Notes: generated from the letters alone by a model not told the origin. Shown: positions 7,603 through 15,931, counted from the first letter of the stretch. The stretch is 36,821 nucleotides of DNA from a virus (IMGVR_UViG_3300045972_000070:1-36821), one strand, 5' to 3'. Translations and numbers: made by a program.

Positions 7603-9153
7603 ATGAGTATTGACCACCAAGATATAATTGACTTGCCAGAGTGGAGGCCGTTGGCAGTGCTTCCAAATGCTTCGGGAGCGGGAGTTGCGCTTGCTTTTGA
7701 TATGAGGAACAACGAGGACAGACACCCCGAGATATTTGAATTAGTTTCGGCAACAGTTTTGAATGGATACCACGTTAAAAATGACGGCGTAATGCTTATT
7801 GGCTCGCCTGCATTGACGGGAACTTTTGGAGCAGGTGCGGACGCAGTTTTCGTTCCGTCACTTGGTCCACAGGGCGTACTTTCAACAGGTAATACGGCTT
7901 CAAAAATTATTATCTCAACAGTATTGCCAGCGTCAGTTGGAGTTATGCAATTGGCAGGACGTGGGGACGGAAAAGGATTTAAGATTAGAATTATTGACAA
8001 CGTAGCGGGCGGGTCAGGAAAAACCGAGGAAAGATACATCACGGGAAACACAGGCGGAACAACACCGACAATAAATTTGGACACGCCGTTGAGTTTCACA
8101 CCTGCGAATGGTGCAAGATATGAATTTTTGTCGGGGCGTGTTTATATGCTATCAGCAGGAACATTGGCAACGGGAGTATGGAAATACTATGACATTTTGA
8201 CAAATTCATTTTCGGGAAACCTTGGCACAACCAACTTGCCTGCAACGATTGGAACGGATAGCGAATTGGTTGCATTGGACGAATTGCACGTACCGAGTGA
8301 CAAAAATCCTGGGGACGGATTTATTGGAAACCAAGTTGCAACCGCAGTTTCAGCAACTTCAATAACAGGTCCAGTTGCAACAAATTATTTACAGGCAAAT
8401 GAATACAGGAATTTTCAAGTGCGAATTTTGACCGACGCAACAAACGTGACGGCGGTGGGACAGCGCAGAAAAATTACCTCGCACACAGGCGGAGCAAGTC
8501 CAGTATTTACAGTTCCCGCTTGGACAGTCAACCCGTCAGCAACAGCAACATTCGTGATTGAAAACGCAAATGAAATTTTGCTATTTTCAAGTGCTTCGGC
8601 AAACGTATTTACTTACGCACCATTTGCGATTGGAGCAATGACAGCCGACACTTGGTCAATAACAACTTACGGCGCACGTGGAGCAGTTGTGGGCGCAGGC
8701 GTTTGTGCTTTTCAAAGTTTTGGAATAGTGCCAGACGCAGACAGGAACAATAGACACAGTTTCATTTTCTCTTTCAGAGGTGGAGCAGTCACAACTTTGG
8801 ACTTGTTGGATATTGCGGGAGGCGCAACAGGACTATGGAGTAATGCAATTGTTTACGGAAGCGGTCCAACAATGACAACGGGAACATCATTGGCATACGA
8901 CCCAAGCACCAACGGCGGAAAATTTGCATACGTGAATATAAACGGATTGCAGAATATGTACCGATTTAATTGCTCAACACGACAGTTGAATGAGTGGGCG
9001 CAGTTGAGATATGCACAAGGTACGGCCGTGGTGGGACGAAAAATGGCAACCACAGTTGCAATCAATCCGACAACGCCGACAGACAAATTGGGAGTTCTTA
9101 TTACTCAAAGAACGTCGGGCGCTGAATTATTCTCAATGATACTTGAAAGATAA
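7603..9153 (+). CDS. Large virion or receptor-binding candidate, possibly a Kelch-like beta-propeller.
   Basis: A 516-aa Gly/Thr/Ala-rich protein with recurring blade-like segments: GRVYMLSAGTLATGVWKYYDILTNSF, EILLFSSASANVFTYAPF, GKFAYVNINGLQNMYRFNCSTRQLNEW. It lies in the fibre module. Confidence 0.7.
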   Translation: MSIDHQDIIDLPEWRPLAVLPNASGAGVALAFDMRNNEDRHPEIFELVSATVLNGYHVKNDGVMLIGSPALTGTFGAGADAVFVPSLGPQGVLSTGNTASKIIISTVLPASVGVMQLAGRGDGKGFKIRIIDNVAGGSGKTEERYITGNTGGTTPTINLDTPLSFTPANGARYEFLSGRVYMLSAGTLATGVWKYYDILTNSFSGNLGTTNLPATIGTDSELVALDELHVPSDKNPGDGFIGNQVATAVSATSITGPVATNYLQANEYRNFQVRILTDATNVTAVGQRRKITSHTGGASPVFTVPAWTVNPSATATFVIENANEILLFSSASANVFTYAPFAIGAMTADTWSITTYGARGAVVGAGVCAFQSFGIVPDADRNNRHSFIFSFRGGAVTTLDLLDIAGGATGLWSNAIVYGSGPTMTTGTSLAYDPSTNGGKFAYVNINGLQNMYRFNCSTRQLNEWAQLRYAQGTAVVGRKMATTVAINPTTPTDKLGVLITQRTSGAELFSMILER

Positions 9154-9163
9154 CAAAAAAATT

Positions 9164-9514
9164 ATGAGCATATTAAATGAAAACATCACACCAGTAGCGC
9201 CAAGTTTGCAAAGCGCAATTGAAAATATCAAAGGAAATACAACGGGCATTTATGTTTTCATTGAGGCGCAACACAAACAGTCTTTTGATTTGGTTTGGGA
9301 AAATACAAACTTCACAGCAAAGGAAATTGTGGACGCTTTTGGGACAGACGCAAGAGCATTATTTGAATTGTCTTGGGGATTGCAACAAATACTTATGGGA
9401 GCAAACCCCGCATACGTACCATTAACACCGCCGAATGAAATTGTGTTTAACGAGGACGGCACAGTCACAGTTGGCGAATTGAAAAATGAACAAGCCACAG
9501 CGATACCTGTTTAA
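9164..9514 (+). CDS. Hypothetical protein.
   Basis: Start moved to ATG 9164 (aaaaaaattATG), just after the stop of the preceding gene at 9153. Confidence 0.6.
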   Translation: MSILNENITPVAPSLQSAIENIKGNTTGIYVFIEAQHKQSFDLVWENTNFTAKEIVDAFGTDARALFELSWGLQQILMGANPAYVPLTPPNEIVFNEDGTVTVGELKNEQATAIPV

Positions 9515-9731
9515 CATTGCAGTTGCTTGTGACCAATTATTGAACGCAGTCTTGGGAGGCGACCCCGATTTGTGCATATCCTCCCGACTGGCGTTGAATT
9601 ATTATGGAGGCCGAGCAATGCGAAGTGTCAATTATATTTTTTGGATTTGCTTTGGCCAACGTGACCATTGCCAAAAAAGTTTAGCAAACGAGCAGGGCTA
9701 CACGTTCAATTGTAATTCTATAATTAGATAA
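9486..9731 (+). CDS. Hypothetical conserved small protein.
   Basis: It carries the motif IAVACDQLLNAVLGGDPDLCISSRLA, which I recall from small phage proteins. No function is known to me. Confidence 0.5.
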   Translation: MNKPQRYLFNIAVACDQLLNAVLGGDPDLCISSRLALNYYGGRAMRSVNYIFWICFGQRDHCQKSLANEQGYTFNCNSIIR

Positions 9732-9735
9732 AAAT

Positions 9736-10059
9736 ATGGAGCAGATAAATTTGAAGCAAGGCGACAAAGGTTATGACATCATTTTTGAGTTGACCAACAA
9801 CGACGACACGGCGTTGGATTTAACAACGGCCACGGCAATAAAATTGAATGCCATAAACGTCTTGGACGCAACGGACATTTTGAATGGAACTTGCGCAGTA
9901 TTGGGAACAGCAACAGAGGGCATTTGCAAATACACAGTCACGGGATTGGAATTTGATACGCCGACAACTTACCGAGCAGAAATACAAGTGTCATTTGGAA
10001 TAAACAAAACATTGACATTACCTGAATTTAGAATTTTGGTGGACGCTGAAATTGCGTAG
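9736..10059 (+). CDS. Ig-like (BppU-N / fibre-associated type) structural protein.
   Basis: LKQGDKGYDIIFELTNNDDTALDLTTATAIKLNA...GICKYTVTGLEFDTPTTYRAEIQV matches the typical beta-sandwich pattern. Confidence 0.55.
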   Translation: MEQINLKQGDKGYDIIFELTNNDDTALDLTTATAIKLNAINVLDATDILNGTCAVLGTATEGICKYTVTGLEFDTPTTYRAEIQVSFGINKTLTLPEFRILVDAEIA

Positions 10060-10314
10060 CCACCCATAGGGCAATCACATTCCGATTACTCCCCTGATAA
10101 TTGTAGGGTGGTTGCTCGTTGAATGGTTGTGACAAACCAGTTTAATTTTTTAAGACATAAATTACGAGTACAAGAAATGAAAAACTATTTTTAATTTCAG
10201 TTTTGGTTGTAGCAGTCGTTCTATTATTCGGCATAGCGAAAGCCGTGGCGAGTATGAAGATTGAGCAACGAAAAACTAGCACGCAATTAAGGTCTGAAAC
10301 ATTCAAAAACGCAT

Positions 10315-10791
10315 ATGATAATAGAAAATCAATTGGCAGGTAAATGGGACAAATTTTACATTGGCAAAGTTAAGACAAGCAGTTTCCACGGATATGCTTG
10401 CTTCCTTTTTTGCCTTACGTATTTGTATTCCATAAAACAAGGACGACAAGTCAGCCCCGCAGAGGTGGACAAATTGTTTATTAAAGAGGGTGTTTACAAC
10501 GGCGATTTGATAAACTCACAGCGAGCGAGCGAAGTATTGGGATTGGAGTACAATGGGATTGAGTATGACATTACCAAGCCACCGAAATACCACCCGAGCA
10601 TAAAGCAGGTGGATTACTCAATACAAGCAGGAAAGCAAACGCATTTTGTGATACGTGAAGTAAAGGACGGAAAAAATATAATTCTTGACCCATTGGGCGG
10701 AGTGGAAAGGAATATAAATTTTTACGAGAAAAAAGTGAACAACACGGCGTGGAAAGATAAAATGTTTTCTTACCGATTATTTAAGATTTAA
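10315..10791 (+). CDS. Putative endolysin: papain-like (C39-like) cysteine peptidase.
   Basis: The candidate catalytic Cys is in SSFHGYACFLFCLTYLY and the candidate His is in KQTHFVIREVKDGKNIILDPLGG. It lies immediately upstream of a holin-like gene at the end of the late operon. Confidence 0.55.
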   Translation: MIIENQLAGKWDKFYIGKVKTSSFHGYACFLFCLTYLYSIKQGRQVSPAEVDKLFIKEGVYNGDLINSQRASEVLGLEYNGIEYDITKPPKYHPSIKQVDYSIQAGKQTHFVIREVKDGKNIILDPLGGVERNINFYEKKVNNTAWKDKMFSYRLFKI

Positions 10792-10795
10792 TTTT

Positions 10796-11005
10796 ATGAC
10801 GAAGCAAGAGTTCCAAAGAAAAATTTATAGCAATTTGGCGAGCAAAAAATTCCAAGCATTATTGGGCGCAGTCATTATGACAATAAGCACGGCCATTGCG
10901 AGTGGGATTAGTTGGACACAGGCGCAAGTCAGCGTGGCGATTTTGGTGGCGGGTTATTTGGGAGTTCAGGGATTGATTGACAACACGAAAGCCAAGAGAA
11001 AATAA
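10796..11005 (+). CDS. Holin-like protein with two TM segments and a basic C-terminus.
   Basis: TM segments are ALLGAVIMTISTAIASGI and VSVAILVAGYLGVQGLI, and the protein ends NTKAKRK. It is adjacent to the lysin. Confidence 0.6.
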   Translation: MTKQEFQRKIYSNLASKKFQALLGAVIMTISTAIASGISWTQAQVSVAILVAGYLGVQGLIDNTKAKRK

Positions 11006-11048
11006 GCGGACAAAAAGAGGCGCACATCACGCACAAAGCAATGCAAAA

Positions 11049-11074
11049 GGCGGTCAGATTGGACGCCTCTTTTT
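11049..11074 (+). terminator. Rho-independent terminator ending the late/lysis operon.
   Basis: GGCGGTC-agatt-GGACGCC followed by TCTTTTT. The upstream AAAAAGAGGCG (11012-11022) is also complementary to CGCCTCTTTTT, so an alternative pairing exists. Confidence 0.55.
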
Positions 11075-11227
11075 GACGTCCAAAACTGCTATGAGAGGGG
11101 CGCAAAAGGTTTACAAGGCGCAACCATACCAACAAGGGAGCGAAAACGCAACCTGCGAGAATTTTTCTAAACTATTCCTTATCTAAAGCCCAAATCGGGG
11201 GTGTTTTTCCAATGTGATTGAAAAGGG

Positions 11228-11256
11228 TTGACAAAACGCAACCAAAGGAGTATAAT
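11228..11256 (+). promoter_or_regulatory. Early promoter P1.
   Basis: TTGACA (11228-11233), a 17-nt spacer, then TATAAT (11251-11256). About 30 of 33 nt are identical to the element at 13290-13320. Confidence 0.65.
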
Positions 11257-11365
11257 GAAATTACAAAGGTTGGAGAGGGGACACAGGTAGCGCATAGCGC
11301 ACCAAACCCCTCCCAACTTTCCAATAATTAAATAACTTTCGGCGACGGGTGACGCCTCCGAAAAA

Positions 11366-11515
11366 ATGAGTAAACAACAAACATTAAAAACATTGAACGA
11401 CGCAATTGACAAGTTAATTATTAAGGGATTAAAAACCCCGAAGCAATGGTCAGAGTTCCACAGGTTGTGCAAATTGCACACCGCAATAGTTGAAACTTTG
11501 CCACCAGTAAAATAA
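11366..11515 (+). CDS. First early gene, a small 49-aa protein below the ORF-track cutoff.
   Basis: Translation is MSKQQTLKTLNDAIDKLIIKGLKTPKQWSEFHRLCKLHTAIVETLPPVK. The stop is 1 nt before the next ATG at 11517. Confidence 0.45.
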   Translation: MSKQQTLKTLNDAIDKLIIKGLKTPKQWSEFHRLCKLHTAIVETLPPVK

Positions 11516-11516
11516 T

Positions 11517-11804
11517 ATGAAGCCAATTAAAAAACCAATAATCAATACATTCAAAAGGGTCGGAATTGATTATGAGAGTATGGACAACACTACCAAAAAT
11601 TACAGAGCGGTAAACAGATTTTCAGGGGAGCGGGTTGAAACAACGGAACTGATTGCATATTTGGTTAATTGGGTTTATACAACAAGCGACAAATACGAGA
11701 ACGGCGACAACAGCATAAGTAGCATAAGTATCTCGGATTTTGACCGCATAAGATATTTCATTTTAGAACAAGACGACGACGTATATTCAAGTTGCATTGA
11801 CTAA
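11517..11804 (+). CDS. Hypothetical early protein with an acidic C-terminus.
   Basis: A 95-aa ORF in the early operon. Confidence 0.6.
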   Translation: MKPIKKPIINTFKRVGIDYESMDNTTKNYRAVNRFSGERVETTELIAYLVNWVYTTSDKYENGDNSISSISISDFDRIRYFILEQDDDVYSSCID

Positions 11805-11827
11805 TAAATTAAAATAATAAAAAAGTT

Positions 11828-12139
11828 ATGAGCGAAAAAAGTTATGTGTCTATGGGACTATGCCCAATTTGCAAAAAGGAAAACGGGACAATCTTAATGG
11901 ATAGACGAATAAAAGACAGTATGGAAAAGTTTACAGTTGACCCGACCACAGTGTGCGAAAAATGCCGAGAGGATTATTTGAGCAAAGGGGTTATGTTGAT
12001 TGAGCCATACAACGGAAATTTGATTGTGTTGAAAGACGAAGCGTTCCAACAAATGTTTGATAAAAAATTACCGAAGCACAAAATTGCATTTGTCACACAG
12101 GATTTGTTGGATAATTTGCAAAGGGGATTGGAAAAATAA
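11828..12139 (+). CDS. Hypothetical zinc-ribbon protein.
   Basis: It has the Cys pairs CPICKK...CEKCRE. Confidence 0.6.
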   Translation: MSEKSYVSMGLCPICKKENGTILMDRRIKDSMEKFTVDPTTVCEKCREDYLSKGVMLIEPYNGNLIVLKDEAFQQMFDKKLPKHKIAFVTQDLLDNLQRGLEK

Positions 12140-12176
12140 TAAATTAAAAGTTGTTGGGTGAAACGACAACAAAAAA

Positions 12177-12767
12177 ATGAATATCTTACAAAAGATAAAA
12201 GCAGAGCAGACAACATTAAAAGGGATTAGAAAACGAGAAAACATAAAGGGAGTTTACGCAGGTTTAATTTTGGGTTTACTTATCGGGGTCACATCAACAT
12301 TTGACACGATTAAATTTCAAGAACTCTGGCGAGATTACCAAACAGCGTTGGACATTATGCAGGAACACGAAGCGTGGAAAGCGAGCAACATTATTAGCGG
12401 TGTGGTGGTTACGGCGACTGCACACGCAAGTACCGACGGGGAAAATATGAGTGGGGGGAGCGAGGAATTGCAAACCCCTGCCCTAGCGGTAAAAGTGATT
12501 GCGACGACTTACAACGCCGAAGTGGGACAGACAGACGCAGACCCATTTACAATGGCAAGCGGTCACAGGGTTTATGAGGGCGCAGTGGCTAGTAATTGTT
12601 TGCCATTTAATACAAAAATTCGTATCAACGGCGAAACTTACACAGTTGAGGACAGAATGAACAGCCGATATACGAAAGATTGTGGAACGGAAAATGAACG
12701 CTTAGACATTTTCAAATGGGAGCGCAAGGACAATTTTAAGAAAAATTTAGAATACACAAAAATATGA
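12177..12767 (+). CDS. Membrane-anchored 3D-domain (MltA/YuiC-like) cell-wall-binding or hydrolase protein.
   Basis: The N-terminal TM segment is VYAGLILGLLIGVTS. The C-terminus, TTYNAEVGQTDADPFTMASGHRVYEGAVASNCLPFNTKIRINGETYTVEDRMNSRY...RLDIF, fits the 3D-domain pattern. Confidence 0.7.
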   Translation: MNILQKIKAEQTTLKGIRKRENIKGVYAGLILGLLIGVTSTFDTIKFQELWRDYQTALDIMQEHEAWKASNIISGVVVTATAHASTDGENMSGGSEELQTPALAVKVIATTYNAEVGQTDADPFTMASGHRVYEGAVASNCLPFNTKIRINGETYTVEDRMNSRYTKDCGTENERLDIFKWERKDNFKKNLEYTKI

Positions 12768-13036
12768 GCGACGAGGAAAAAACAAAAACAGTGTTAAAGT
12801 TTGGCGACCCCGAGAGCATAAAGATTAAAAAGGATTTTGAGTTAAAAATTGAAAAGGACAAAGCAACCACAGTTATTGCCCACGAGCAGGAAATTGAGCA
12901 AGAGCCAATTTATGAGTACGACTGGACTTGCCCACATTGTGGTCGCATTGAGATATTGCACGAGGAGGATATGCCAAGCGACAAACTAATTAAATGTTAT
13001 CAGTGTAAAAAATGGTTAAAGATAAAAATTTTATGA
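12764..13036 (+). CDS. Hypothetical zinc-ribbon protein.
   Basis: It has the Cys pairs CPHCGR...CYQCKK. Confidence 0.6.
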   Translation: MSDEEKTKTVLKFGDPESIKIKKDFELKIEKDKATTVIAHEQEIEQEPIYEYDWTCPHCGRIEILHEEDMPSDKLIKCYQCKKWLKIKIL

Positions 13037-13287
13037 ATTATATGGCACACAAAATTAAATGCCCCGTACCAAATTGCAAAGGGTTTGAAACTTGTAGCAG
13101 TCAAGCCAATGTGGGAAATCACATACGCAACAAGGCGAAAACGGAACTGCTGAAAAATTATATTTTGGGGGACAAGTACGAAACGCCACACGCCAAGTAT
13201 TTGAAAAATGCTTGCCAAAAGGAGGTAGCAGAAAAAACGGCAATGGTTTTCAAAGTTGATGGGCGACAATTTATAATTACAGGGTAG
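13033..13287 (+). CDS. Hypothetical Cys/His-containing small protein.
   Basis: Start chosen at the ATGA overlap with the preceding stop (the track ORF starts at 13012). It contains CPVPNCKGFETC..H. Confidence 0.5.
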   Translation: MNYMAHKIKCPVPNCKGFETCSSQANVGNHIRNKAKTELLKNYILGDKYETPHAKYLKNACQKEVAEKTAMVFKVDGRQFIITG

Positions 13288-13291
13288 GGGG

Positions 13292-13320
13292 TTGACAAAA
13301 CGCAACCGACAGAGTATAAT
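13292..13320 (+). promoter_or_regulatory. Promoter P2, a duplicate of P1.
   Basis: TTGACA (13292-13297), a 17-nt spacer, then TATAAT (13315-13320). The spacer AAACGCAACC is shared with P1. It is followed by a strong SD (AAAGGAGG) and ATG 13356. Confidence 0.7.
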
Positions 13321-13355
13321 CAGAGAGTAATAAATTAAATGAAAGGAGGCGAATT

Positions 13356-13574
13356 ATGATTGAAATTTTAAAAATTGGAACACGTGCGAGAGTTTTCCAC
13401 TACATCAAATCAATGTCAGAAATGACAGCCAAGCAAACGGGCAAGAGGGGCGTTTACCCAACAGCCACGCAGATTGGATTGGTATTTGATTTTAGCAGAC
13501 AACAGGGGGCAAAGTATTTGGAGGCGTTCAAAAAAACGCACAAGGACGTAATCAATTTAAGGGACATAAAATAA
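13356..13574 (+). CDS. Small winged-helix/HTH DNA-binding protein, a putative regulator.
   Basis: It is the first gene after P2. The segment TAKQTGKRGVYPTATQIGLVFDFSRQQGAKYLEAF looks HTH-like. Confidence 0.6.
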   Translation: MIEILKIGTRARVFHYIKSMSEMTAKQTGKRGVYPTATQIGLVFDFSRQQGAKYLEAFKKTHKDVINLRDIK

Positions 13575-13575
13575 T

Positions 13576-14475
13576 ATGAATGAGGAAACAACAAAAACAG
13601 AGGTCGCAAAAACGGAGAGCGCACAGCCGTTGACGCAGACGAGTGCCGAGGAACTTATTTCCAAAGCGATTGAAAAGGGCGTGCCAGTGGAAACTATGGA
13701 ACGCTTATTAGTAATGCGCCGAGAGTTAAAAGCAGAGTGGGCAAAGGAGCAATTTGATATTGCTTTTGGAAAACTGCAAAGGGAAATGCCAGTGGTCAGA
13801 AAAACCGAAGCAGTCAGGAACAAAGACGGGTCAGCAAAATATAAATTCGCACCGCTTGAAGTTATTGTGCCAATTGTAAAGGACACTATTTCAGACAACG
13901 GATTTATTTATGATTTTGACACAACCGACGACGGAAAAATGTTGACGACGACTTGCAAAATTACGCACAAATCAGGACACACCAAACTCAATTCTTTTTC
14001 AGTTCCAATTGGAGCAGAGCAGTATATGACAGAAGTGCAAAAGTTCGGCGCACGTGACACGTTTTGCAAACGATACGCATTTTTGAATGGATTTGGAATT
14101 ATTGTGGAGGGCGAGGACAAGGACGCAACCACAGAGGCACTCGGACAAGGCGAGAATAACTACGGAGGCGCACCACGAGCCACCACGCCGAGGACTTACC
14201 CCGCTAGTGGGGCAAAGACCCAGTACACCCCACCCAAAGCGTCAGACAAGCAAATTTGGCTCATAAAAAAGGAGTTGGAGAGGATTGGGGCAAATGAGGC
14301 TTGGTTTAAGAGCCAAACGGGACACACTTTGGAAAGCATAAATGTCAAGCAGGCGAGTGTGGCGATTGCAAAACTTATTGAAACCAAACCAACGGGAGGC
14401 ATACAGGACGCTGAAATTGAATACGACGAGGCAGATTTGCAAGGCGCAAGCGTTGACGAGCGAGGTAATAATTAA
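13576..14475 (+). CDS. ERF-family single-strand annealing recombinase.
   Basis: KYKFAPLEVIVPIVKDTISDNGF...CKITHKSGH...QKFGARDTFCKRYAFLNGFGIIVEGEDKDA matches the ERF core pattern (YKYA.LE...H.SGH...TY.RRY). Confidence 0.75.
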   Translation: MNEETTKTEVAKTESAQPLTQTSAEELISKAIEKGVPVETMERLLVMRRELKAEWAKEQFDIAFGKLQREMPVVRKTEAVRNKDGSAKYKFAPLEVIVPIVKDTISDNGFIYDFDTTDDGKMLTTTCKITHKSGHTKLNSFSVPIGAEQYMTEVQKFGARDTFCKRYAFLNGFGIIVEGEDKDATTEALGQGENNYGGAPRATTPRTYPASGAKTQYTPPKASDKQIWLIKKELERIGANEAWFKSQTGHTLESINVKQASVAIAKLIETKPTGGIQDAEIEYDEADLQGASVDERGNN

Positions 14476-14505
14476 AAATAATTTCTAATTTAAACAACAA
14501 GAAAT

Positions 14506-14973
14506 ATGAATAAGGGCAAGAAAACATTTGCCGAAAAAGCATACCAAACAACTCAATTGGACTTCGGATATACGCAACAGCGTATTACCGATATGCTCAA
14601 CGAACTTGGTATTGACCAAACGCAAATTACGCAGGACGGCACGGATTACAAAGTAGTTTTTATGGTTAAACTTCGGCCAAACGAAGCACCCCGAAAAATT
14701 ATGATTAACGTGCCAGTGCTTACGGACTTGGGAGAAACCCAAAAGCAACGCAACAGAAAAAAGAATGCCATTTTCAGAGTTCTATTTTACCACTTGAAAA
14801 ATCGCTTCGTTGCAGTTTCAAATGGGTTGCGAGAGTTTGACGAGGAATTTATGACCGACATTGTTGTGGTAGTGAATGGAGTTGAGCAGAGATTGGGAGA
14901 TATGGTTGTTCCTGAAATTAAGCGCCAACTCAAACAGGACAGCCGAGTAGTTTTAAAAATTGATAAACAATAG
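14506..14973 (+). CDS. Hypothetical protein in the recombination module.
   Basis: A 155-aa ORF with no motif I can name. Confidence 0.6.
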   Translation: MNKGKKTFAEKAYQTTQLDFGYTQQRITDMLNELGIDQTQITQDGTDYKVVFMVKLRPNEAPRKIMINVPVLTDLGETQKQRNRKKNAIFRVLFYHLKNRFVAVSNGLREFDEEFMTDIVVVVNGVEQRLGDMVVPEIKRQLKQDSRVVLKIDKQ

Positions 14974-14974
14974 T

Positions 14975-15382
14975 ATGAACAAGCGAGAACAAGAGATATT
15001 TTTGCGAGGAATTGCACTTGGGTTAAAAGCAAGTGAGGATTTTGAAGCAGAATTTCCGAGTGGGTTTATGGGAAGTCTTTACGGAATGCCCGTATATGCC
15101 CAAGAGAACATCAAAGTAAACAACAAGAACGTAAAAAAGACAATTTCAAAAGTGAGAAAAATCTTGGGAAAGTTTCCAAAGCGAGCGTGGACAGAGGACG
15201 AGGACAATTACATATTGGAGAATATGGACGGGTCAATGAAGTCCTTGGCAAGAAAACTCAAAGGCCGAAGCGAGAGCGCAATTGCCCAACGCAAAATGAA
15301 ACTTGTGATTAAAAACCCAAAAGCAAAAAAAACCAACGGCTACAAAGGGTTGGCAAAACTTAATCAAAATTTAAACGACTAA
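14975..15382 (+). CDS. Protein with a Myb/SANT-like HTH domain.
   Basis: RAWTEDEDNYILENMDGSMKSLARKLKGRSESAIAQRKMKL. Start moved to ATG 14975, just after the upstream stop. Confidence 0.6.
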   Translation: MNKREQEIFLRGIALGLKASEDFEAEFPSGFMGSLYGMPVYAQENIKVNNKNVKKTISKVRKILGKFPKRAWTEDEDNYILENMDGSMKSLARKLKGRSESAIAQRKMKLVIKNPKAKKTNGYKGLAKLNQNLND

Positions 15383-15387
15383 AAAAT

Positions 15388-15921
15388 ATGGGATTGGATA
15401 TGTATTTGACCCGCCGAATTTACGTCGGCAATAAATATAAAAAACCCGAGGAACAAGTGAAAGTGGAGGGCAAGGATATTGAACAGGCACAAGTATCGGA
15501 AATTATTGCGGACTTGGGGTACTGGCGCAAAGCCAACGCAATCCATAATTGGTTTGTGCAAAACGTCCAAGAGGGCGAGGACGATTGCAAAGAGTACCAC
15601 GTGTCACGGGAAAAACTTGAAGAACTTTTGCTGATTGTAAATACAGTTTTAAAGGCAAGCGAATTGGTGGAGGGACAAATTGGCAACGGCAAAATTTACG
15701 ACAAGGAAAAAGACGATTGGGTGCCAAAAATGGTGGAGGGTAAAACGATTAAAGACCCGAGCAAGGCGCAAGAACTTTTGCCAACACAGTCAGGATTTTT
15801 CTTTGGGAGCGAGGGGTACGACGAGTATTATTACCAAGACCTTTTGAGTACAAAAGATATTTTAGTAAAAGCGTTGGACGCAGAACTTAATTCGGAAATT
15901 TATTATCAATCAAGTTGGTAA
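15388..15921 (+). CDS. Conserved hypothetical phage protein.
   Basis: The MGLDMYL... and YWRKANAIHNWF motifs recur in phage proteins of unknown function, as far as I recall. Confidence 0.6.
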   Translation: MGLDMYLTRRIYVGNKYKKPEEQVKVEGKDIEQAQVSEIIADLGYWRKANAIHNWFVQNVQEGEDDCKEYHVSREKLEELLLIVNTVLKASELVEGQIGNGKIYDKEKDDWVPKMVEGKTIKDPSKAQELLPTQSGFFFGSEGYDEYYYQDLLSTKDILVKALDAELNSEIYYQSSW

Positions 15922-15931
15922 AACAAAAATT

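Noticed and set aside
10060-10160. Possible terminator or promoter between the Ig-like gene and the lysis genes (CCACCC...GGGTGG with a 38-nt loop; TGGTT-gtgaca-AACCA followed by gtttaatttttt).
   Set aside because: The stems are short or have very large loops, the T-tract is interrupted, and no -35/-10 pair has acceptable spacing. That is not enough to call a feature.
10977-11186. A 69-aa + strand ORF with a TTG start that overlaps the end of the holin gene.
   Set aside because: It runs straight through the terminator hairpin and the promoter-box region. It has no good start context and its translation is basic and low-complexity.
11179-11526. A 115-aa minus-strand ORF in the large intergenic region.
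   Set aside because: Its composition is not protein-like (rich in C, F, N and L). It overlaps the P1 promoter, the structured leader and the + strand small ORF at 11366-11515. It would be the only minus-strand gene in the genome.
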